Source of the DNA: Heptranchias perlo
Lineage: Eukaryota
DNA: 64,000 nucleotides
Assembly (NCBI RefSeq): GCF_035084215.1
Contig: NC_090329.1
Location: 29,388,001-29,452,000 of the forward strand
Reading direction: 5' to 3'
Of this stretch, positions 26,229 through 37,135 are shown piece after piece. A program made the translations under genes and the position numbers. Within the stretch, counting starts at the first letter, position 1; every line of letters begins with the position of its first letter. Under the pieces are notes generated by a model. That model saw only the letters and a program-made list of their open reading frames with translations. It ran no database searches and was not told where the DNA came from.

Positions 26229-26555
26229 CGTGGACAGGATTGATCGGTCTCTCAACCCCGCAAACCTCCACGTTTCCATAGAAACCGTTCCCGCTCGAGC
26301 TTCCGCCACCGCGAGATGGCGGCAACCAAGCTAAATGGCAGTTTGTTTTTCCCCTCCCCCGCACCCCTGTAAAAAGCACTTCAATTAATTGAGCTTGTAC
26401 CATTACTGGATAAATCAGTGGTATTCAGTGAGATAGATTGGCTTGTTGAACATGTGGTGGTTGGAAAGCCCCGTACAATGGGACTATTTTTTTCTTTCAT
26501 TTGTTCCTTTGTTATTGGCTTTTTGTAAGTGGTAAACTCACTTAATAAACCTAGT

Positions 26556-26653
26556 TCACATCGTTCACCTGAGGAAGGAGGTAGCCTCCGAAAGCTTGTG
26601 AATTTAAAATAAAATTGCTGGACTATAACTTGGTGTTGTAAAATTGTTTACAA
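26556..26653 (+). mobile_element. 98-bp Penelope-like mini-element with 14-bp target-site duplication
   Basis: TTAATAAACCTAGT at 26542-26555 and 26654-26667 flanks the insert; the tail is identical to bases 1-53. Confidence 0.85.
26564..26602 (+). ncRNA. Minimal type I hammerhead ribozyme motif
   Basis: Stem I TTCAC/GTGAA, core CTGAGGA plus an extra A, stem II GGAGG-TAG-CCTCC, GAAA, palindromic stem III AGCT, predicted cleavage after CUU (26597). Confidence 0.75.
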
Positions 26654-27959
26654 TTAATAAACCTAGTGACAGGGGCAGCTGCTGCCACTACCTCAATCTT
26701 TGAATCCGTGGACCTTTCAACTGAATAGACCCAAGCCGTATTGAACCCTCTGTTGCAAAGCTTTTTGACGCTTCAAGTTCAACATTAGTTCTGTAACAGG
26801 TAAAATTGTACTCAAGGCCTTCAGAGAAGCAAGATTATTGTATATATGTCAGGGAGGGAATAAACTAAGTTATTTTGCTTGAACAAAGCACTAAATTGGA
26901 ACAATGCATGCATTGAATGGTGACCAATAGATTTGCAATTGGTATATATTTAATGCTCTGATGGCATTTTAGGCTCAGATCCACTATTACAAACATAATG
27001 AGAAAGGAGGATCTTTCTTGCCATATGTGCTAACAAAAGTTGAAATGAAATAATTGGAAATGCCAGTTGGATCAATTATCAATGGCATATTTGCTCACTT
27101 TTATACTAAAATTATATAGGGCAGACCAACTTAAGTTTAGTTGAGAAATTTACAGCATAGAAGAAGTCTGCTCCTTTTTCTCCAGAAGCCATTAAACTCA
27201 TTGTGTCTGCTGGCTCTTTGCTAAAGCAATCAAAAACTAATCCCACTACACCATTCTCACCCAATAGTCCTGGAACTGGGAGCTTCAAGCCACTGTTTGG
27301 AGGTAACAGAATATCCTTGAAAAGCCACTGGAACTTGACAAAGTTTATAATTCTTTCAGTTCATGAAGAATAAGACTTAGTTTTACCTGTAATTATGTAA
27401 ATGTGCTTCAATATAGCGTAACACTGGAGGTAAACAGTGTTCTTTCCTGGATGAATGGATGGCAGGATAAACATTGGGAGGTATATTCGAGGGAGTCTAT
27501 TTAAATAGGTTACTAGTGTATTAGATGTTGCCTGTGTTATTGGAATCACAGAAATATCATTTGTGGCAAGGATCTGGACCAGTTCACAGTTTTAAATTAA
27601 TAAAAATTCTAAATTACAAAAATAGGATATAAGACAAATCAAGGTGATTTCCCCCCCCCCCCTCCATTACAATTTCAAGTGCTTACTACAGTGTACCACG
27701 TCATTTCACAACAAAAATATGACAGTACCTTGTCTACGCCACATGCATTTATACACAAGTCATCTTGTTAGAATATTGTAAACTTTTCTATATATAAAAT
27801 TCTTACCGTCTGCACGAACTTACATCAACTTTTTTCATTATAAATTTCTATGTCAATATTTATAATGGAAACTGCCTATGTACACTTGTCACACTGTAAT
27901 TATACTCTCCTGCCACTACATCACCGCCACTGGAGGCTGTAATTATACGCTTACATAAT

Positions 27960-28885
27960 GGGCCTGATTTTGCTGCAAAAATAACAGTGAGGCTAACCGC
28001 GCTCACCGTTATTCATGTGCAAATCGGACAGCAACTTCCACCAACTGCACATGCGCAGTTAAATGTGGAAAACCGAAAGTTGCTGTACGGGATGCGATAC
28101 TCCTCCAAAAGCAGTGCGAATATGGCATCGCACCGTCTGGATCCCCATTCAAATATATTGAACAGTGTGAAGTTCCTATACTTACTTGATAGATACAAAC
28201 TAATCGCGCCAAAAAAAGTTGCCAAGTCATTTCAAAGTCTAAGTACTCTTTTAACTGCGTGGTAAGTCTTAATTACTGCCAAACAACCTCTTTGGCGCTG
28301 AAAATTAATTTTTACAAGTGTGGTGTCTCATTGCTTCAGATTTTAACTGCTGTTGGACATTTTTTTTTTAAATTATACTTTTTAACTTTTTCTTTCTGTC
28401 TCTTGATTAAATCAACAACAACAACTTGCATTTATATAGCGCTTAAACGTAGTAAAACATACCAGGAGCGTTATCAAACAAAATTTGACATCGAGCCACA
28501 TAAAGGAGATATTAGGACAGGAGAGGTATTTTTTAAAGGAGCGTCTTAAAGCAGGATAGACACGTTGAGAGGTTTAGGTCAGGAATTCCAGAGCTTACGG
28601 CCTAGCCAGCTTAATCTTCCTTACCCTCTTTATTTCACTTTCTGTACCTGATTTGACATGGAATTCACTATTCCAACTTACACTTCCTGGTCTGACTCTG
28701 TGCTGCTCATTAACAATGCTTCAATTTGATTGGTTAAGGAGATACACAGCCGCTTGCCCTATTCACGCAGGTCCCAGATGCCCTGTAGAAGGTGCCGTGC
28801 TTTTTGGTTTTCTAATTTAGAGAAACATGCTGTGCAAAAGCTCATGGAAAGTCTATGGACAATTACAAGTCCAATGAACGTTAAA
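27960..28885. mobile_element. Putative old non-autonomous DNA-transposon-like repeat, interrupted by an L2 3' end
   Basis: CpG-containing block beginning GGGCCTGATTTTGC that resembles common shark non-autonomous elements; only a weak match to an inverted end near 28860-28875. Confidence 0.3.
28411..28615 (-). mobile_element. L2 LINE 3' end
   Basis: (CAA)n-CTTGCATTTATATAGCGC...GGAATTCCAGAGCTTACGGCCTAG, reverse complement of 1716-1940. Confidence 0.8.
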
Positions 28886-29609
28886 ATGGGGGCTGAATTA
28901 TGTCTATGCAGCCTAGTCCAATTATCCCATGCCTTCTAAACACGCTTCACCGGAAGACTACACTTGGTCTTGACTTCCCATGTGCAACACCACAGGAGAT
29001 TGACTAGTATTGAATACTTTTATATAGATCTGAAAAGGTCACGTGCTGTCTTTCCTCTACCCTCTGGAGATTTCATAAAGATAGGGTATACAGACCTTGT
29101 ATTAGAAAGGAAAATACAACTTGTAAATAGTAATTTGTATGTACAAACTATCCCATTACAATACACCACAACTTACACATCATCTTTAACAAAGCAAAAC
29201 ATCACAAGGAGCTTCACCAGGAAAGGGGAAAGGGACACTGAGCAGCAGATAGAATAGTTGGGGGAAGGGAGATGAATCTTGAGAAGGTTGTTGAAAATGG
29301 GAGAAATTAGTATGGAGGACAGGTTTACAAAGAGAATTTCAGAATCTAGGTTCAGAATGAGTGAAGGGTCTGCTATCAACGGTAGAGCCGAGGAAGGGAG
29401 AAAATGTGTTGTAGAGAACAATCAGAAAAGTTGAGTGTGCGAGCTGGGACGCAAGCCTAGAGATCATGTGGTCATTTAAATGCAATCAATACATATTTAA
29501 TAGACTGGAAAATTCAAGAATTGTGATCTGTTCATATACTTAGATTCTGTACAGTAGCTGTTATTTCTTAACTTGAGAATACTGTATAATGTTATCCCTG
29601 ATAGCATGC

Positions 29610-30390
29610 CGGAAGAAAGGCAAGAGTAGCTGTCTTTGACATTAAGGCAGCATTCAACCTAGTAAAACTGAGGTCAATGGTGGTCAAGGGAAAAACCTTC
29701 CAGTGGCTGTAGTCATACCTGATACAAGAAGCCCGTGGTTGTTGGAAGCCAATCATCATAGCATCAGGACATCGCTGCAGAAGTTCCACAAAGCAGCTTC
29801 ACTTGGCCTAACTATCTTCAGCTGCTTTATCAATGACTTCCCTCCATCATAAGGTCAAAAGTGGGGCTGTTCACTGACAATTCCATAGTATGCAGCTCCA
29901 TTCACAACTCCTCTGATAATGAAGCAGTCTATACCAGCCTACTGCAGGACCAGGACAATATTCAAGCTTGTCCTGACAAGTGGCAGGTAATGTTTGCACC
30001 ACCAGACAGTGACCATTCCAAAAAGAAAAGGCCAAACCACCTCTCCTGACCTTCGACCGTACCATCACAGAACCCTCCACCATCAGCATCCTAGGGATAA
30101 CTAGTGACCAGAAGCTGAACTGGACCAGCAATATCAACAATATGGCTAGAAGAGTAGGGCAGAGGCTGGGTACTCTGCAATAAGTGACTCACTTCCTGAC
30201 CCATCTCTCCACAAGGCTCAAGTCAAGGAATACTTACCACTCAGGAAGCTTGACACCATCCAGAACAGAAGGTCCAGTTGATCCAATATCCAGAAGGCAG
30301 CAGACCACCACCACCTCAGGGCAACTAGGGATGATCAATAAATGTGGCCTTGCTAGCCTCGCCCATACCCAAAGAACAAATTTAAGAAAA
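29610..30390 (+). mobile_element. Old, internally deleted copy of LINE family B
   Basis: Colinear with 33920-35030 (DIKAAF, GLFTDNSIV for GMFADDCTV, QKLNWTS) and has the GGGCAACTAGGGATG..AATAAATG tail. Confidence 0.8.
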
Positions 30391-30899
30391 TTATTAGACC
30401 AGCTATGCTTTGGACAAAAATTAAAAGAATTGCATTTTTTATCAGGAACATTTAATGAACAACATTTGAATATGCAAATTGAGTCAGATTAACCATTTTA
30501 ACGTTATCCCTAATAGCTTAACAAGGGATATTATTAGGAATAGCAATACCATCCAAATTTTACGAACAGCAGATTTATGTTTTTGCTTTTTAGGCATGTC
30601 TGGCTGCATAAAGTTTGGTAAATTAATAAAGGTGAGCAATATATTTGCCCTAATACCATATTAAAGCATCTTGTTCAATTGTTAACACAACATAATCCTT
30701 GAAGGACACAATGCACATTTATGTACCATAGCTATCATCTTTCACCCCGAAACACTATAAACACACACATACACAATAAATTAGGCCATAACATAGCATA
30801 AACGCTTTCAACACGATTAGCTTTAGCTAGTTGATTTATAACTAAGTCTATTCTGCTTATCTTACATTACCATTCCTTTCCACCACAATAAAACTTTGA

Positions 30900-33800
30900 G
30901 AAAGAGGATGGACGGACAGTGGAGAAAGTGAGAGATCAGTTGGCAAGCGGCGGGAAACAGCGAGATCAGAGCGGGGATATAAACAGCGCGGAGAAAGCAG
31001 GAGTTCAGTCGCTGCCAGTCATAACCCACCCATCACGTTCTGAGAAAAATCAAGTGTGACAATCGCATAAATGATTGGTTGGTGAATAATTGACTCGTTT
31101 AATTTCAAAGCGAGTGTAACTTAGTAATTGTACGGTTTTAGTCGTAGTAGAAGGTTTACTAGCAGTTGTAAAGTTTATTGGGAGTAGTAGGGTTTATAAA
31201 TTATAAATTTAATTAATAATAATAATAATAAATTAATTAACACATAATAAAGATGACAGGGCAGGTGATGTGTAGCGATTGCAGAATATGGGAGCTCCTG
31301 GACGCCAGTGAGATCCAGGGCAAACACGTCTGCAGTAAGTGTCTGCGGTTTGAGGAGCTTCGGCTCAGAGTCATTGAACTGGAGGTCGACTGCAGACACT
31401 GCGACACATCAGGGAGGGGGAATGACGTTCGGTTCCAGGAGGCAGTCACACCCCTTAGGATAAGGTCGCCTAAATTGGTCAGTGTTCAGAGACAGGAGGG
31501 TGTGACTGCGAGCGAGACAGGTTAGGGGATCGAGAAGGTAGAAGTGGAGGAGTCTCTGCCTTTGCAATTGTCCAACAGGTTTGAGGTGCTTGCAGTCTGT
31601 AGAGGCGAAAGTGGTGGCTGCAGGGTGGATGAGCAAACTGACCGTGGCACCACAGTACAGGAAGCCATTCAAGCAGGGGGAGTTAGTAGGAAGGTAGTGG
31701 TAGTAGGGGACAGTATAGTCAGGGGATAGACACATTTCTCTGCAGCCAAGAACAAGAGTCCAGAATGCTGTGTTGCCTGCCCGGTGCCAGGATTCGGGAT
31801 ATCCGCTCTGGGCTGGAGAGCAATTTGAAGTGGGAGGGGGAGCATCAAGTTGTTGTGGTCCACGTAGGTACCAACGACTTAGGTAGGACAAGGGAAGCAG
31901 TTCTGCTTAGGGAGTATGAGCAGCTAGGGGCTAAATTAAAAAGCAGAACCTCAAAAGGTAATAATCTCTGGATTATTACCTGAGCCACGAGCAAATTGGC
32001 ATAGGGTAAATGAGATTAGAGAGAGTCAAATTCGTGGCTCAAAGATTGGTGTGGGAGCAATGGGTTTTGATTCATGGGGCACTGGCACCAGTACTGGGAA
32101 AAGTGGGAGCTGTACCGTTGGGACGGGCTTCATCTGAACCGTACTGGGGCCAGTGTTCTAGCGAATTGTATAACTAGGGCGGTAGAGAAGGCTTTAAACT
32201 AAATAGTGGGGGTGAGAAATCAATTAAGGGAAGATGTGATAAATTAAAGAAAAAAGACAAGGTAAGAGAGCAAGGTAGCAATAATGGAAATGATAATCAG
32301 AGAGTGGCAGGAAGAGACAGAGCATGTAAACTTAAGAGTGCGCCAGCAGATAGGCTAGAGGGTGCAAAAATAGTAAAAAGACAGCACTAAAGGCTTTGTA
32401 TCTGAATGCGTCTAGCATTTGTAACAAAATGGATGAACTGACAGCTCAAATAGAAATAAATATGTACGATCTGATAGCCATTACAGAGACATGGCTGCAA
32501 GATGACACAGGCTGGAACCTGAATATTCAAGGGCACTTGACATTTCAGAAGGACAGGAAGCGAGGAAAAGGTGAAGGGGTAGCTCTGTTAAATAAGGATG
32601 ACATGAGTATAATAGAGAGAAATTATCTTAGTTCTAAAGCACTCTGGGTGGGGGACTTCAATGTCCATTACCAAGACTGGCTCGGTAGCACCACTACTGA
32701 CTGAGCTGGCCGAGAAATGAAGGACATAGCTGCCAGACTGGGCCTGCGGCAGGTGGTGAGTGAACCAACACGAGGGAAAAACCTACTTGACCTCGTCCTC
32801 ACCAACGACCTGTCGCAGATCCATCTGTCCGTGACAGTATTGGTAGGAGTGACCATCGCACAGTCCCCGTGGAGACGAAGTCCCGTCTTCGCACTGAGGA
32901 TACCATCCAACATGTTGTGGCACTACCACTGTGCTAAATGGGATAGAGTCAGAACAGATCTAGCAGCTCAAAACTGGGCATCCATGAGGTGCTGTGTGCC
33001 ATCAGTAGCAGCAGAATTGTATTCCAGCACAATCTGTAACCTAATGGCCCGGCATATTCCTCGCTCTACCATTACCAACAAGCCAGGGGATCAACCCTGG
33101 TTCAATGAGGAGTGTAGAAGAGCATGCCAGGAGCAGCATCAGACATACCTAAAAATGAGGTGCCAAACTGGTGAATCTACAACTCAGGACTACATACATG
33201 CTAAACAGCGGAAGCAACATGCTATAGACAGAGCTAAGCGATTCCACAACCAACGGATCAGATCAAACCTCTGCAGTCCTGCTACATCCAGTCGTGAATG
33301 GTGGTGGACAATTAAACAACTAACGGGAGGAGGAGGAGGCTCTGTAAACATCCCCATCCTCAATGATGGCGGAGTCCAGCACGTGAGTGCAAAAAACAAG
33401 GCTGAAGCGTTTGTAACCATCTTCAGCCAGAAGTGCCGAGTGGATGATCTATCTTGGCCTCCTCCCGATGTCCCCACCATCACAGAAGCCAGTCTTCAGC
33501 CAATTCAATTCACTCCACGTGATATCAAGAAACGGCTGAGTGCACTGGATACAGCAAAGGCTATGGGCCCTGACAACATCCCGGCTGTAGTGCTGAAGAC
33601 TTGTGTTCCAGAACTAGCTGTGCCTCTAGCCAAGCTGTTCCAGTACAGCTACAACACTGGCATCTACCTGACAATGTGGAAAATCACTCAGGTATTTCCT
33701 GTCCACAAAAAGCAGGATAAATCCAATCCGGCCAATTACCGCCCCATCAGTCTACTCTCAATCATCAGCAAAGTGATGGAAGGTGTCGTCGACAGTGATA

Positions 33801-36800
33801 TCAAGCGGCATTTACTCACCAATAACCTGCTCACCGATGCTCAGTTTGGGTTCCGCCAGGACCACTCGGCTCCAGACCTCATTACAGGACAAAAGAGCTG
33901 AATTCCAGAGGTCAGGTGAGAGTGACTGCCCTTGACATCAAGGCAGCATTTGATCGAGTGTGGCACCAAGGAGCCCTAGTAAAATTGAAGTTAATGGGAA
34001 TCAGGGGGAAAACTCTCCAGTGGCTGGAGTCATACTAGCACAAAGGAAGATGGTAGTGGTTGTTGGAGGCCAATCATCTTAGCCCCAGGACATTGCTGCA
34101 GGAGTTCCTCAGGGCAATGTCCTTGGCCCAACCATCTTCAGCTGCTTCATCAATGACCTTCCCTCCATCATAAGGTCAGAAATGGGGATGTTCGCTGACG
34201 ATTGCACAGTGTTCAGTTCCATTCGCAACCCCTCAAATAATGAAGCAGTCCGAGCCCGCGTGCAGCAAGACCTGGACAACATCCAGGCTTGGGCTCATAA
34301 GTGGCAAATAATATTAACGCCAGGCAATGTCCATCTCCCCTTGTCATTCAACGGCGTTACCATCGCCGAATCCCCCACCATCAACATGCTGGGGGTCACC
34401 ATTGACCAGAAACTTAACTGGACCAGCCATATAAATACTGTGGCTACAAGAGCAGGTCCGAGGCTGGGTATTCTGCGGCCAGTGAGTCATCTCCTGACTC
34501 CTCGAAGCCTTTCCACCATCTACAAGGCACAAGTCAGGAGTGTGATGGAAGACTCTCCACTTGCCTGGATGAGTGCAGCTCCATCAACACTCAAGAAGCT
34601 CGACACCATCCAAGACAAAGCAGCCCGCTAAACATTCACTCCCTTCACCACCGGCGCACAGTGGCTGCAGTGTGTACCATCCACAGGATGCACTGCAGCA
34701 ACTCACCAAGGCTTCTTTGACAGCACCTCCCAAACTCATGACCTCTACCACCTAGAAGGACAAGAGCAGCAGGCACATGGGAACAACACCACCTGCACAT
34801 TGCCCCCCACGTCACACCATCCCGACTTGGAAATATATCGCCGTTCCTTCACCGTCACTGGGTCAAAATCCTGGAACTCCCTTCCTAACAGCACTGTGGG
34901 AGAACCTTCATCACACGGACTGCAGCGGTTCAAGGCGGCGGCTCACCACCACCTTCTCAAGGGCAATTAGGGATGGGCAATAAGTGCTGGCCTCGCCAGC
35001 GATGCCCACATCCCATGAACGAATAAAAAAAAAGTTCTAACGACCAAAATGTAGAATCAGTTTGGGTAGAGATAAGAAATAGTAAAGGCAAGAAATCACT
35101 TGTGGGAGTAGTTTATTGGCCCCCTAACAGTAACCACGCTGTAGGACAGAGTATACAGGAAGAAATAATGGGGGCTTGTGAGAAAGGAACAGCGATAATC
35201 ATGGGTGATTTTAATCTACATATAGATTGGAAGAATCTGATTGGCAAAGGTAGGCTGGAAGATGAGTTCATAGACTGCTTTCGGGACAGTTTCTTGGAGC
35301 AGCACGTTCTAGAGCCAGCCAGAGAGCAGGCTATTCTGGATCTGGTAATGTGTAATGAGACAGGATTAATTAATGACCTCGTTGCAAAGGAGCCTCTCGG
35401 TAGCAGTGATCACAATATGATTGAATTTTACATTCAGTTTGAGTGAGAGAACAGTAAGTCTAAGAATAGTGTTCTTAACTTAAATAAGGCCAATTATGAG
35501 GGCATGAAAACAGCTGGCTATGGTGAACTGGGAAATTAGGTTAAGGGATATGTCAGTAGAAATACAGTGGCAGACATTTAATGAGATATTTCACAACACT
35601 CAGCAAAGACACATTCCAGTGAGAAAGAAAGACTCCAGGGGAAGGATGTACCATCCATGGCTAACTAAGGAAGTTAAAGATAGTATCAAATTGAAAGAAA
35701 AAGCATGCAATTCCGTGAAGATTAGTGGCAGGTCAGAATATAAAAAACAGCAAAGAATGACGAAAACAATAATTAGGAGGGAGAAATTAGAGTACGAGAG
35801 AAAGCTAGCTAGAAATATAAAAACAGACAGTAAGAGTTTCTACAGGTATTTAAAAAGGAAAAGAGTAAGTAAAGTGAGCATTGGTCCTCTAAGGAGTGAA
35901 TCTGGGGAATTAATAATGGAGAATAAGGAAATGGCAGATGAATTGAACAGATATTTTGCGTCCGTCTTCACTGTAGAGGATACAAATAACATGCCAGAAA
36001 TAATTGTGAATCAAGAGGTGAAAGGGAGGGAGGAACTTAAAACATTTACAATCACCAGGGAAAGGGTTCTGAAAAAAATATTAGAACTAAAATCTGGCAA
36101 GTCCCCAGTCCTGACGGACTTCATTCTAGGGTCTTAGAAGTGGCTGCAGAGATAGTAGATGCATTGGTATTAATTTTCCAAAATTCCCTAGATTCTAGAA
36201 GGGTCCCATCAGATTGGAAAATAGCGAATGTAACTCCTCTATTCAAGAGGGAAACAGAAAGCAGGAAACTACAGGCCAGTTAGCTTAACATCTGTCATAG
36301 GGAAAATGCTAGAATCTATTATTAAGGTGGTTATGGCAGGGGACATGGAAAATCTCAATGCAATCAGGCAGAGTCAACACGGCTTTGTGAAAGGGAAATC
36401 ATGTTTGACTAATTTATTTGTTCTTTAAGGAAGTAACAAGCAACGTGGATAAAGGGAATCCTGTGGATATAGTGTACTTGGATTTCCAGAAGGCTTTTGA
36501 CAAGGTGCCACATCAAAGGCTACTACACAAAATAAGAGCTCATGGTGTAGTGGGTAACATATTAGCATGGATAAAGGATTGGCTAGCTAACAGGAAAGAG
36601 AGAGTAGGCATAAATGAGTCATTTTCAGGTTGGCAAGGTGTAACGAGTGGAGTGCCACAGGGATCAGTGCTTGGGCCTCAACTATTTATAATCTATATCA
36701 ATGACTTGGATGAAGGGACCAAACGTATGGTTGCTAAATTTGCTGATGACACAAAGATAGGTAGGAAAGTAAGTTGTGAAGAGGACATAAGGAGTCTACA

Positions 36801-37135
36801 AAGGGATATAGATAGGTTAAGTGAGTGGGCAAATATTTGGCAGATGGAGTATAACGTGGGAAAACGTGAACTTGTCCACTTTGGCAGGAGGAATAGAAAA
36901 GCAGTATATTATTTAAATGGAGAGAGATTGCAGAATTCTGAGGTACAGAGGGATCTAGGGGTCCTAGTACGTGAATCACAAAAAGTTAGTATGCAGCTAC
37001 AGCAAGTGATCAGGAAGGCAAATGGAATGTTGTCATTTATTGCAAGGGGAATGGAATATAAAAATAGAGATGTTTTGCTACAGTTGTACAGGGCATTGGT
37101 GAGACCACATCTTGAATACTGTGTGCAGTTTTCAT
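30900..37135 (+). mobile_element. Near full-length CR1 LINE: 5' UTR, ORF1 (Zn finger, coiled coil, SGNH esterase), ORF2 (APE + RT); inactivated and interrupted
   Basis: ORF1 at 31253: MCSDC...HVCSKC...LRLRVIELE, VVVVGDSIVRG, HVGTND, DGLHL. ORF2: [47 protein letters not shown]. Nested insertion at 32638-35032; a CR1 tail remnant at 39181-39260 may belong to it. Confidence 0.95.
32638..35032 (+). mobile_element. Poly(A)-tailed CR1-group LINE (family B), 5'-truncated, nested in CR1 ORF2
   Basis: WVGDFNVH, PTRGKNLLDLVLTN, KAMGPDNIP, PANYRPISLL, QFGFR, MFADDCTV; ends AATAAAAAAAAA; TSD AGTTCTAA at 32630-32637 and 35033-35040. Confidence 0.92.

Noticed and set aside
26229-26309. N-terminal extension MAEARAG... 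given by the ORF track
   Set aside because: Starts at GTG; USP37 homology and the best Kozak begin at 26228. An upstream in-frame ATG (METW) exists but has weaker context.
25883-26403. Overlapping ORFs on the + strand and in alternative frames over the USP37 copy
   Set aside because: Shadow ORFs of a GC-rich coding sequence; no recognisable protein.
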